Shown here: piece after piece, positions 37,180-46,046 of the stretch
Layout: each line of letters begins with the position of its first letter
Position numbering within the stretch: position 1 is the first letter of the stretch
Sequence record: OR767160
Strand: one strand, 5' to 3'
Origin: Escherichia phage vB-EcoS-XT34
Length of the DNA: 50,596 bases
Position numbers and translations under genes: made by a program
Notes under the pieces: model-generated
Told to the model about the DNA's origin: nothing
The model's database searches: none
Seen by the model: only the letters and a program-made list of their open reading frames with translations

Positions 37180-39174
37180 ATGTTGCCTATCGAGAAGCTA
37201 GTTGCAAACTTCGATAAAGAAAGAATTAAACAGATTCAGAAGGATTACCAGTTTGGAGAGATAACCCCTTACGAATTCCAGTGTGTTACATTTGATGCAA
37301 TCGGAAAGGCCATTGGGAAGTATGAAAGCCCATTCATAGCAGACCTGTCGGTTTCTGCTGGTAAAACTATCATTCTCGCCATGATCGGTAAGAGAATGGA
37401 ACAGTTAGGGCTTCCTTATATGGTGCTATCTCGCCAGTCTGAGATTGTGAGCCAGGACAGCGAAGAGCTTCGCAATTTTGGCATTCGTAATAGCGTCTAT
37501 TGCGCTGGCCTTAACGTTAAATCAGTTTATTACCCAACCATAGTTGCTAGCGAAGGAACTGCGGCTAACGGCTTATTTAAGGGGCTTGGTGACTATGTTC
37601 CTGCCGTTATAGCTATAGATGAGTGCCATATGGTCGATCACATGGATATCGTTGAAGCCGAGGAGAACGAAGAAACATTTGAGCAAATGAGCACAAAGAA
37701 AGGCGAGATGGTTTTTAAGGATGGCGTAAACACAGGATTGCTTGGCACTGGTCGTGCGCAGTACACGCTAATCATTACTGAAATGAAACGACGTTGTCGT
37801 GAGAAGTATGGTCGCGAGCTTCGTATCTTTGGGCTAACTGGCAGCCCGTATCGCAACAATGATCACATAGTGGTTAGCAATCCAAATATCCGTGGATTCT
37901 GGCGCAAAACAGTGATCCAGGTCCCAACCAATTACCTTGTTGATTTGGGATTCGTTGTTCCAACTGTTTACGGAGAGGTTGGTGATTTGGGTTACGACCT
38001 TGCGGAGTTTGCTCCGGATGGCAGCGATGGTGTGAAAGACTTCAGCAAGAAAGAGATGGATGCAATGGCTGCAAAGATTCACGAAAACCAATCAATGACT
38101 CAAAAGATTATGGGTTTTCTTGTAAAAATTCTAGAGACTCGTAACGCCGCATTGGTCACCTGCGCCGGAAAACTCCATTGTGATGAGGCCGCTGCGGCAT
38201 TGCCGGATGGATACCCTTACGCCATTATCACCGATTCTACCGGAGAGAGGAAGCGCAGAGAGATTCTTGCAGATTGCCAGACTGGAAAGTACAAGATTAT
38301 CTTTCAGATTGGATGTCTAACCACGGGCGTAAACCAACCGCTGTGGGATACTAGCGTCATACTACGCAAGATTGGCAGTCTAACCTTAATGATTCAGCTT
38401 CTTGGTCGTGGCATGCGAAAACTAAAAAAGGCGCACATAGATGCTGGGTTCAAGAAGGAGGACCACTTGGTATTAGACTTTGCCGGAGCGCTTGATGACA
38501 TGGCAGAGCTTTACTTTGACCCAATAATTGAGGAGATTCAGGCTGAGAAGTTTAAATCCTCAAGAAAAGGTGGTGATGAGGCTCGCCAGTGTCCGAAATG
38601 TGGATATGAGAATTCGCCATTTGCTAGACGCTGTAGCAATAAGATTAATGGCGTTAGATGCGATCACTTTTTCCAGTTCACAACATGTGATGATATTACC
38701 GACCAACAAACAAAGGCGGTAATCAAGAAAGGTTGTGGAACTAAAAATGACATAGCAGCAAAAGTTTGTCGCGAATGCGGGGAAATGCTTAAAGACCCAA
38801 ACGCTAACCTGACTGGAAAGATGTATCGTCGCGGAGACTATTTGCGTGTTTATGACTTCCAGGTTGGATTGAGCAAAAATCAAACTGGCATTGTAGTTAA
38901 GTACAATATCATGGCCCACAACGGAGAAAGATTTAACGCTTGGGAGTTCTTTAATCCAGAATCTGACCATCGAGTTTGTAGTGTGCTATGGAAAAACTTT
39001 TGCCTTTCTCATATTGAGAATCGCACAGAGGCAGCACGAATTGGCAAACTTCGTAACGCAAAAATGATTATGATGAACGCAGATAAATTCCGAGCTCCTG
39101 TGCAGGTGACGCATCGTCGAAATGCAAAAGGTAAGGATATAATTGCCGTGAAAAATTTTGGAGAGTTAAAATGA
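37180..39174 (+). CDS. superfamily 2 DNA helicase
   Basis: 664 aa, Walker A SAGKT, DECH box (IAIDECHMV), C-terminal Cys cluster. Confidence 0.75.
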   Translation: MLPIEKLVANFDKERIKQIQKDYQFGEITPYEFQCVTFDAIGKAIGKYESPFIADLSVSAGKTIILAMIGKRMEQLGLPYMVLSRQSEIVSQDSEELRNFGIRNSVYCAGLNVKSVYYPTIVASEGTAANGLFKGLGDYVPAVIAIDECHMVDHMDIVEAEENEETFEQMSTKKGEMVFKDGVNTGLLGTGRAQYTLIITEMKRRCREKYGRELRIFGLTGSPYRNNDHIVVSNPNIRGFWRKTVIQVPTNYLVDLGFVVPTVYGEVGDLGYDLAEFAPDGSDGVKDFSKKEMDAMAAKIHENQSMTQKIMGFLVKILETRNAALVTCAGKLHCDEAAAALPDGYPYAIITDSTGERKRREILADCQTGKYKIIFQIGCLTTGVNQPLWDTSVILRKIGSLTLMIQLLGRGMRKLKKAHIDAGFKKEDHLVLDFAGALDDMAELYFDPIIEEIQAEKFKSSRKGGDEARQCPKCGYENSPFARRCSNKINGVRCDHFFQFTTCDDITDQQTKAVIKKGCGTKNDIAAKVCRECGEMLKDPNANLTGKMYRRGDYLRVYDFQVGLSKNQTGIVVKYNIMAHNGERFNAWEFFNPESDHRVCSVLWKNFCLSHIENRTEAARIGKLRNAKMIMMNADKFRAPVQVTHRRNAKGKDIIAVKNFGELK

Positions 39175-39653
39175 ATTGGAATGATGTTTTCGAGTACGTA
39201 GAAGGAAAGATTTTCTGGAAGGATAGTGGGAAAGGTAGGAAGTCTGGTGCTGAATTTGGTTGCATATGCAATACGTGGGGTTATGTTATTGGCACCCTTA
39301 GAGGAAGGACTGTTAGGGCCAATCGTTTAATATGGGAGATGCATAATGGGCCAATACCAAACGGAATGCAAATTGACCACATCAATCACATTAGGCATGA
39401 TAATAGAATTGAGAACTTGAGGCTTGTTAGTAATCAGGAAAACAGCAAAAACAACTCAATGCGAAAGAATAATACTTCTGGAGTTACAGGTGTTTGCTGG
39501 AATAAACAAAAAGGAAAGTGGATGGCTAAAATAAAAGTTGATTACAAAACCATAAATCTTGGTTTGTATTCAGACATTGAAAAGGCCGTGGAAGCAAGAA
39601 AGCAAGCTGAGGAATTATACGGTTTTCATGAAAATCACGGGGTTAATTTATGA
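39171..39653 (+). CDS. HNH homing endonuclease with AP2-like domain (copy 4)
   Basis: NRLIWEM..IDHINHIRHDNRIENLRLVS and EARKQAEELYGFHENHG. Confidence 0.75.
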   Translation: MNWNDVFEYVEGKIFWKDSGKGRKSGAEFGCICNTWGYVIGTLRGRTVRANRLIWEMHNGPIPNGMQIDHINHIRHDNRIENLRLVSNQENSKNNSMRKNNTSGVTGVCWNKQKGKWMAKIKVDYKTINLGLYSDIEKAVEARKQAEELYGFHENHGVNL

Positions 39654-40069
39654 AAATTACAGATAAAGTTGATTACATTGAGTTTTACCCGGGCCCGGTT
39701 AAGTCATGCCATAAAGAGGATGACGAACAAATCTTTTGCTCTGACTGGGTTAAGTACAACTACCCAGAGATGGTATTTTTCCACACCGTGAATGAGGGTA
39801 AGAAAACCATTGGACAAGCAAGAAAAGACCAGGCAAAGGGTTTGCTCAAGGGTGTGTCAGACTGTATTTTTTTGATACCTGAATCCGTGAGAGGGAGGCA
39901 TCCATTTGGCGCAATAGAGCTAAAGAGGGCTGGAAAAACACAAGCCAGTCCAGTCAGTGCCGAACAGAAGTCCTTCCTTAAAAGCGTAAGAGAATCAGGA
40001 GGTTTTGCGGCTGTGGCATACGGACGTGAAGGTTTTCTTGCGGCATTTAAAGAGATGATTTCAAAATAG
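39650..40069 (+). CDS. VRR-NUC domain nuclease
   Basis: 139 aa, PD-(D/E)XK-like core with D..ELK motif (DCIFLIP..GAIELKRAG). Confidence 0.6.
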   Translation: MKITDKVDYIEFYPGPVKSCHKEDDEQIFCSDWVKYNYPEMVFFHTVNEGKKTIGQARKDQAKGLLKGVSDCIFLIPESVRGRHPFGAIELKRAGKTQASPVSAEQKSFLKSVRESGGFAAVAYGREGFLAAFKEMISK

Positions 40070-40109
40070 CACGAATTGCTAAAGACGAATCTCAAGGATG
40101 AGATACTAT
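40067..40109 (+). promoter_or_regulatory. box element (TAGCACGAATTGCTAAA) plus -10-like TACTAT
   Basis: box overlapping the VRR-NUC stop, 22 nt to TACTAT, CA-rich leader. Confidence 0.45.
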
Positions 40110-40139
40110 TACCACATCAAAACGAAATGAGTAAAAGAT

Positions 40140-40643
40140 ATGAAATGGAGAAATCGAATACAATATAAAGATGGTTCACTTTACTGGCTTGAGGCGAAAG
40201 ATAAAAGCAAATCATTCAATCATCGACTTTCTGGAAAGAAAATAGGAACGGTTATGAAGGATGGTTACATGAGATTCAGGTTTAATGATAAAGCATACTC
40301 ATGCAGCAGGGTGACGTGGGAGTACTTTAATGGAGAAATTCCTATCGGAATGGAGATTGATCATATAAACCATATAAGAGATGATAACAGAATTGAAAAT
40401 TTAAGATTGGTATCAAGATCTGATAATCAAAAAAATCTAAGTATATCAAAAAACAACAAATCAGGAGTAACTGGCGTCACATACCATAAACCTTCTGGTT
40501 TATGGTCCGCCAGAATAAACTCTGGAGGAAGAAGGTTTGAGCTTGGCTACTACAAAACCATAGAAGAAGCAAGGTTGGCAAGAATTGATGCTCAAAATGA
40601 ATTTGGTTTTCATGATAATCATGGAAAGAAAATAAAAAATTAA
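40140..40643 (+). CDS. HNH homing endonuclease with AP2-like domain (copy 5)
   Basis: SRVTWEY..IDHINHIRDDNRIENLRLVS and EARLARIDAQNEFGFHDNHG. Confidence 0.75.
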   Translation: MKWRNRIQYKDGSLYWLEAKDKSKSFNHRLSGKKIGTVMKDGYMRFRFNDKAYSCSRVTWEYFNGEIPIGMEIDHINHIRDDNRIENLRLVSRSDNQKNLSISKNNKSGVTGVTYHKPSGLWSARINSGGRRFELGYYKTIEEARLARIDAQNEFGFHDNHGKKIKN

Positions 40644-40658
40644 GCGAGGTTAAATAAG

Positions 40659-41387
40659 ATGATCGACTCAAACGACAAAGATACTCATGACGCATTCGTT
40701 AGCTTCGAGCAGATCGAGTGTGAAAACTTTGTTACCAATGCGCTTGTTCCTGGTAACGGTCATTATCAGTCGGTTAAGCCGGACACCTTCTATCAGGTAA
40801 CTGGGAAACGATACGCCGGAAGCAAGACGCCTGACGCAGTTCGTGACCTATGGGCCACTGACAGAGAAGTGATCTCATGGATGGAGTCGCGTTATGGGAA
40901 GTATGACATTGACGCCGCCGCCAGCGCTAACAATGCTATTTGCGAAAAGTTCTACAGCGAACAAGTGAACTGCCTCAAAATCTGGTGGGGTAGCAATAAG
41001 CACATCTGGATGAATCCTCCGTACTCACATCCAGATCCTTTCGTGAAGAAGGCGATTGAGCAGATGGAGCACGGGAACCAGATTGACATGCTCTTGCCTG
41101 GCGATAACTCGACGGCGTGGTTCGCTGAGGCACGACGCAATGCGGCTGAGATCATCTGGATTGAGGCAGAGATAACAGAAATTGACCAGCAGGAATACTG
41201 CCGAACCGGAAGGCTGGCATTCATATCAGGCCTGACCGGAAAGCCTGTAGATGGGAATAATAAGGGATCTGTCATCTTCATTATGAGAAAGCTGAAAGAA
41301 GGTGAGGCGCAGAAAACGACATACGTCTCAGTTAGTGATATTTGCCCTGGCGTTAGCCGTAAAAAACCACGTAAGCGGAGTGTTTAA
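40659..41387 (+). CDS. dam: DNA N6-adenine methyltransferase (phage Dam-type)
   Basis: 242 aa with catalytic NPPY motif (WMNPPYS). Confidence 0.7.
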   Translation: MIDSNDKDTHDAFVSFEQIECENFVTNALVPGNGHYQSVKPDTFYQVTGKRYAGSKTPDAVRDLWATDREVISWMESRYGKYDIDAAASANNAICEKFYSEQVNCLKIWWGSNKHIWMNPPYSHPDPFVKKAIEQMEHGNQIDMLLPGDNSTAWFAEARRNAAEIIWIEAEITEIDQQEYCRTGRLAFISGLTGKPVDGNNKGSVIFIMRKLKEGEAQKTTYVSVSDICPGVSRKKPRKRSV

Positions 41388-41388
41388 G

Positions 41389-41619
41389 ATGAATAAGAAA
41401 GTTAATTTAAATGAAGATGGTCAGTTCCTTTTATTCCGTGCACTTGTTTGCCAAAATCTCTCAGATCTTGGGTTTAAGGGTGACGCCTGGGTATTCTCTG
41501 AATCACTTGATATGTCATTTGATTGCATAAAGGATGAGGAATATCGCTACTGGAAAGACTTAATAAAAAATGATGCCTCTGACTATAAGCGAGATTGCCC
41601 AGAAGATTTCGCAGAATAG
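41389..41619 (+). CDS. hypothetical protein
   Basis: 76 aa from the internal ATG with RBS; stop TAG begins a box element. Confidence 0.4.
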   Translation: MNKKVNLNEDGQFLLFRALVCQNLSDLGFKGDAWVFSESLDMSFDCIKDEEYRYWKDLIKNDASDYKRDCPEDFAE

Positions 41620-41659
41620 CACGAATTGCTAAACATACCCGCCACCGCGCGGGTATACT
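41617..41659 (+). promoter_or_regulatory. box element (TAGCACGAATTGCTAAA) plus -10-like TATACT
   Basis: spacer of 22 nt containing GC hairpin cccgc-caccgc-gcggg. Confidence 0.5.
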
Positions 41660-41689
41660 TCTTTCATACCAACGAGACGAGGAATCATC

Positions 41690-41923
41690 ATGAAGAAGCA
41701 ACCTTTTAGCACTTACAACCAGCAGGCATACCATAAAAATATTTTACTGCCGCACCTGCTTCGCCTGGCTAATGAGTGTGCAAGTGAAGCTCTGGCGCTT
41801 GGTAAGGATGGCGGGCTTGATGAAGTGATCGCGGTGACATATCTCAAAGGCGCTTATGGTCACTTGCCTATCGCAGATTATCAAGCTATGTCATGGAGAT
41901 TTGACATTTATGGTAACTGTTGA
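41690..41923 (+). CDS. hypothetical protein
   Basis: 77-aa ORF with RBS. Confidence 0.4.
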   Translation: MKKQPFSTYNQQAYHKNILLPHLLRLANECASEALALGKDGGLDEVIAVTYLKGAYGHLPIADYQAMSWRFDIYGNC

Positions 41924-42155
41924 GGTAGGCCGTCAGGCTGTTTGGAATCACTGCAAGGAGGCAGGAATAAGTGATGATATTGCTCTTATAGCAAAGTATT
42001 TCGATATTAAAGATATATGCGTCATTTTCAACGGAAAGATGACGTATATACACGAAAGGCCACGTAAGCTGATCAGGGTTCCGGCAAATCCGGTGAAGAT
42101 TGACTACAAGGCCTGCATTCAAGCAACGAAAGACGCAGCGAGAAGATATAAATGA
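41910..42155 (+). CDS. hypothetical protein
   Basis: 81 aa from the internal ATG overlapping the upstream gene end. Confidence 0.35.
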   Translation: MVTVEVGRQAVWNHCKEAGISDDIALIAKYFDIKDICVIFNGKMTYIHERPRKLIRVPANPVKIDYKACIQATKDAARRYK

Positions 42156-42403
42156 ACTTACCTGGCCTTGATTTTGACGCTGACAAATATCCGACTTGCA
42201 GCAACAACGATGAGACGTTCGCGATCATCCCTTTTGCTGACTGGTTGCCTTCGGACTTCGAAGATGTGCCATGTTCGCGCGGTGGCGGCTATCGCCTGAT
42301 GTATTTTAGCCCTTCAACTGGTATGATGGTTCCCAGCGAATCAGAGAATGCAGGAGAGGCGGTTGAGCCAAATACTTTAACAACATGGTTGAAAAAGATT
42401 TGA
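42152..42403 (+). CDS. hypothetical acidic protein
   Basis: 83-aa ORF, ATGA overlap with upstream stop. Confidence 0.4.
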   Translation: MNLPGLDFDADKYPTCSNNDETFAIIPFADWLPSDFEDVPCSRGGGYRLMYFSPSTGMMVPSESENAGEAVEPNTLTTWLKKI

Positions 42404-42557
42404 TGCGCTGCTTAATTCCAGTATTATTACCGCCGCTAATTGGTTTTATTATCATCTACCTACTAACACGATAAGGATTTACAAAAATGGCTATTCAGAA
42501 GATTAGTGACGAACAATTCATTGCTGAGCGCGAAGCTGGTAAAACACTCCGCCAGAT

Positions 42558-42656
42558 NNNNNNNNNNNNNNNNNNNNNNNNNNNNNNNNNNNNNNNNNNN
42601 NNNNNNNNNNNNNNNNNNNNNNNNNNNNNNNNNNNNNNNNNNNNNNNNNNNNNNNN
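42558..42656. other. run of 99 N flanked by an exact 128-bp direct duplication (assembly join)
   Basis: 42430-42557 is identical to 42657-42784. Confidence 0.9.
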
Positions 42657-42713
42657 CCGCCGCTAATTGGTTTTATTATCATCTACCTACTAACACGATA
42701 AGGATTTACAAAA

Positions 42714-43856
42714 ATGGCTATTCAGAAGATTAGTGACGAACAATTCATTGCTGAGCGCGAAGCTGGTAAAACACTCCGCCAGATTGCCCAGGAATACGGG
42801 ATGAACATTCGAACTGTTGAGCAGCGCTCAAGCCGCCTGGCAAAGCGCGGTGAGTTCCACGGGAATAAACACGTAAGCGTACACGTGCCAGAGGGCTTTC
42901 AGGTTAAAGGCACGTCAACCATGATTCGCGCTGACGGTTCCGAGGTCGTGCGCTGGGTTAAGACCGATCAGGACAAGGAGAAATTAGCCGCCATGATGGA
43001 TGCTGCTATTGAAGCATTCTGTGACGAACTCCCGCGCGCAGCTCCTCAGCCTATTCTTGGCGAGCCTCACTATGATGAGAATCTCCTGGCCCTGTATCCA
43101 GTTTTCGATCTCCACATCGGAGCAATGGCCCACAAGCATGAATGCGGCGAGAATTACAGCACCGACATCTCTGAGAAAGTTCTCAAGAACTTCTTTGATT
43201 ACTCGGTTGGTGTATCTCCTAAAGCAAAGAAAGCCGTATTGCTAATCGGCGGTGACTTCCTTCACTCAGACGGCCTGGACGCTGTAACGCCTGCAAGCGG
43301 TCACGTACTGGATCAGGATAGTCGATACGCCAAGCTAGTTCACGTTGCAATCCGTTCCGTACGCCGCGCGGTGGCGCTAATGCTGGATAAGCACGAAGAG
43401 GTCGAAATCCAGATCATTGAAGGTAACCATGACCAGGCTGGCATGATTTGGTTGCGTGCAGCAATGGCGGCATACTTTGAAGATGAGGCGCGCGTAACGG
43501 TTGATACGTCTCCTATGATTCTTCACCGTACAAAGTGGGGCAAAACATTGCTTGGATACACTCATGGTCACACCATGAAGAAAGCTGATACTCGACTGGC
43601 GGCAATGGCGACTGACTTCCGCGAAGAGTTCGGTACGAGCAAGTATATTTACACGCATAGTGGCCATTGGCACCATCAGACGATCACGGAAGGAACTTTG
43701 GGGATTGATGAGGTTCACGGTCAGCTTGGCGCGAAAGATGCATATGCGGCGCGCGGCGGTTGGCGCTCATATCGCCAGGCGGCGGTAATTGTCTACTCCA
43801 AGGAGTTCGGCGAAGTCGGTCGCTTCGTTTACCGTCCTGAAATGAGCGACATCTGA
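42714..43856 (+). CDS. HTH-containing calcineurin-like metallophosphoesterase
   Basis: N-terminal HTH-like LRQIAQEYGMNIRTVEQR; phosphoesterase motifs DLHIG, GGDFLHSD, GNHDQ; a duplicate start at 42487 lies in the pre-gap copy. Confidence 0.55.
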   Translation: MAIQKISDEQFIAEREAGKTLRQIAQEYGMNIRTVEQRSSRLAKRGEFHGNKHVSVHVPEGFQVKGTSTMIRADGSEVVRWVKTDQDKEKLAAMMDAAIEAFCDELPRAAPQPILGEPHYDENLLALYPVFDLHIGAMAHKHECGENYSTDISEKVLKNFFDYSVGVSPKAKKAVLLIGGDFLHSDGLDAVTPASGHVLDQDSRYAKLVHVAIRSVRRAVALMLDKHEEVEIQIIEGNHDQAGMIWLRAAMAAYFEDEARVTVDTSPMILHRTKWGKTLLGYTHGHTMKKADTRLAAMATDFREEFGTSKYIYTHSGHWHHQTITEGTLGIDEVHGQLGAKDAYAARGGWRSYRQAAVIVYSKEFGEVGRFVYRPEMSDI

Positions 43857-43900
43857 TAGCACGAATTGCCTAACACTATAGCGCCGGAAGGCGCTATATT
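43857..43900 (+). promoter_or_regulatory. box element variant (TAGCACGAATTGCCTAA) plus -10-like TATATT
   Basis: TGA-TAG double stop; spacing about 23 nt. Confidence 0.4.
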
Positions 43901-43927
43901 CATATCTCAATCACAGAGGATTCAATC

Positions 43928-44101
43928 ATGGTTAAATTATTTTGCGTTAAGAACACATCTAAAACCCTGCCTTTCACTGTTAACAATCCGTACATCGCCG
44001 AGTACCAGGGAGACGGGAGCTACAAGATTTACGGCGACGATATGACGTGGATTTTTGCGCCAATTGATGGTGCTCTGGTTGAATTTATTATCGCTGACTA
44101 G
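43928..44101 (+). CDS. small hypothetical protein (57 aa)
   Basis: hand-translated ORF with AGAGGA RBS, followed by a terminator; not in the ORF track. Confidence 0.3.
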   Translation: MVKLFCVKNTSKTLPFTVNNPYIAEYQGDGSYKIYGDDMTWIFAPIDGALVEFIIAD

Positions 44102-44127
44102 CTCAGCAAAAACATAACGTTACGAAC

Positions 44128-44153
44128 GGGGAGCCTTTAGGCCCCTTTTTTTG
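44128..44153 (+). terminator. rho-independent terminator
   Basis: gggagcc-ttta-ggcccc followed by TTTTTTTT. Confidence 0.55.
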
Positions 44154-44220
44154 TGCTTCTTTTTAATACCGTGCTAATGTATTATGTTTTTTACTAACTG
44201 AGATATTGACAATCACATAA

Positions 44221-44448
44221 ATGGTGGATCACATGAGGGAAGTAATTAACGCTGCTACAGCATCAACTGGCGGAGCTGCAGTGACTGGAGCAGCGACTGG
44301 TCAAATGACCATAGCAATAATCAGCCTTATCGCTCTGATCATTTTTGGAGCTTGGGGGGCTTACTGGAAGTTTAAGGATAGCCAGGCCATTAGGCGCGCT
44401 CTTGAATCAGGAGACTTAAAAACAGCAATCAAGATAAGGAGTAAGTAA
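44221..44448 (+). CDS. holin (candidate pinholin)
   Basis: 75 aa, Gly/Ala-rich hydrophobic segments and charged C-terminus, directly upstream of the endolysin gene. Confidence 0.55.
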   Translation: MVDHMREVINAATASTGGAAVTGAATGQMTIAIISLIALIIFGAWGAYWKFKDSQAIRRALESGDLKTAIKIRSK

Positions 44449-44949
44449 ATGAAGCAGAAGCTTGTAATTAGTGCGGCGACGGCTGCAGCAATATACATTG
44501 CAGCACCGATCATTGAGCTTGTAGAAGGCGTGGAGAACAAGCCATACATGGACATTGCTGGAGTGCCTACGGTCTGCGCTGGAGTTACTGGCTCCGATGT
44601 GATATGGGGCAAGAGCTACAGTAACAGGGAGTGCCGGAACTTGCTGGAGAAGCACATTCAGATTCATGGCAAGCATGTGCAGAATGCAGTCACCTACCCT
44701 ATATCCCCAAAGACAAGGGCGGCGCTAATCAGTTTTAGCTACAACGTTGGCGGATACGCCATGAGGAAGTCTACATCTGTAAGGCTAATTAACCAGGGTA
44801 AGGTTGAGCAGGGTTGTAAGGCTCTAGGTATGTGGACAAAAGCAAGAGTAAATGGGAGGCTTGTTACAGTAAAGGGTTTAGTAAACCGAAGGAATGAAGA
44901 GATTAAGCTATGCATTGAGGGTGAGATGGAAATGAAAAGGGGCAATTAA
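44449..44949 (+). CDS. endolysin, lysozyme-like with N-terminal signal-anchor-release (SAR)-type domain
   Basis: 166 aa; weakly hydrophobic Ala/Gly-rich N-terminus followed by E..D..T catalytic spacing (IELVEGVENKPYMDIAGVPTVC). Confidence 0.7.
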   Translation: MKQKLVISAATAAAIYIAAPIIELVEGVENKPYMDIAGVPTVCAGVTGSDVIWGKSYSNRECRNLLEKHIQIHGKHVQNAVTYPISPKTRAALISFSYNVGGYAMRKSTSVRLINQGKVEQGCKALGMWTKARVNGRLVTVKGLVNRRNEEIKLCIEGEMEMKRGN

Positions 44950-45476
44950 GCCCCGTGATTTTCGTGAAAGCCTAGCTCCATCTCTGCGGCTTTTCTAGCT
45001 AAGACTGCATCATCGAATGAGTCTCCGTAGTAAAGCCGCTTATTCTTGCCATTAATTTTTATCTGAGAGAACCATTTACCCCTTGCTGAGTCCCAGCACA
45101 CACCAACGACTCCGGATGTATTTAAAGAAGACATTGGCATGTTCATTTCCTGATCAGACCTTGATGCCAGTCTTAGGTTTTCAATTCTATTATCATCCTT
45201 AATGTGGTTTATATGATCGATCTCTATACCATCAGGTATCTGGCCTTTGTGCATTTCCCATATAATCCTATGCACCTTCCTGTACCTGTTGTTAAATCTA
45301 ACCAATAGGTATCCATGTTTATCTGGAGTTCCAACCATTTTTCCGGCATTTCTTGAGTTGTACTGATTGCTCATGTCATCACGACGCTTCCTCCATAAAT
45401 TATTTCCGTCATAATGAAAGTATTTTGACCAGTTCATGTATACTATCCTCTCTAGTTTCATTTCATCAACAATCAT
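44946..45476 (-). CDS. HNH homing endonuclease with AP2-like domain (copy 6)
   Basis: HRIIWEM..IDHINHIKDDNRIENLRLAS and FDDAVLARKAAEMELGFHENHG; on the opposite strand, between endolysin and spanin genes. Confidence 0.75.
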   Translation of the reverse strand: MIVDEMKLERIVYMNWSKYFHYDGNNLWRKRRDDMSNQYNSRNAGKMVGTPDKHGYLLVRFNNRYRKVHRIIWEMHKGQIPDGIEIDHINHIKDDNRIENLRLASRSDQEMNMPMSSLNTSGVVGVCWDSARGKWFSQIKINGKNKRLYYGDSFDDAVLARKAAEMELGFHENHGA

Positions 45477-45493
45477 ATCAAAGGTGGTAATTT

Positions 45494-45883
45494 ATGTTTT
45501 TGCAAAAAATGCTATTATGCTCTGTAATTCTGCTTTCAGGTTGTTCGGCGACATCTGCGCTGACTGGTTTAATTGGCAGCAAGCCAGAAATCAGTGCGCA
45601 GGCTGGGGCTGAGAACGTGAAGCAAACGGTAGGTGTTACAGGAAAGGTGGATAAGTCAAACGACAACGACACCACTATCAAAGATTCAAAGGTAGGAAAG
45701 GTTGATACGTCAAACGGGAAATCTGTCAGCACATCAAGCATCAAGGCTGACACTATCGTTGCTGATAAGATTGAAATAAGGAATGATGAAGGAGGTGGAA
45801 GGATTGCGTTTGGACTTGCTTTAATTCTAATTAGCCTATTGCTTTTCTCATTTACAATATGGACTACTTTTCGCAAAAAATAA
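45494..45883 (+). CDS. unimolecular spanin (u-spanin) candidate
   Basis: N-terminal lipoprotein signal with lipobox LLSGC-S and a single C-terminal transmembrane helix, as in the phage T1 u-spanin. Confidence 0.55.
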   Translation: MFLQKMLLCSVILLSGCSATSALTGLIGSKPEISAQAGAENVKQTVGVTGKVDKSNDNDTTIKDSKVGKVDTSNGKSVSTSSIKADTIVADKIEIRNDEGGGRIAFGLALILISLLLFSFTIWTTFRKK

Positions 45884-45886
45884 AAG

Positions 45887-45910
45887 GAGCCGAAAGGCTC
45901 CCTTTTTTTA
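45887..45910 (+). terminator. rho-independent terminator
   Basis: ggagcc-gaaa-ggctcc followed by CTTTTTTT; same hairpin as at 15088. Confidence 0.7.
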
Positions 45911-46046
45911 CCCAAATCTTTGCACCAGTAGCAACAATTCACCTTCATTATTGCATAGAGTATGCTCATCACGTCGTCCGGCACGCATTGATGAATTTAG
46001 CATTGACAGCAGCGCTTGATTAAGCCCGTCCTCACTAATCCCATTC

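Noticed and set aside
42506-42733. Track ORF reading through the second N run
   Set aside because: Same artefact; the real gene starts at 42714 in the post-gap copy.
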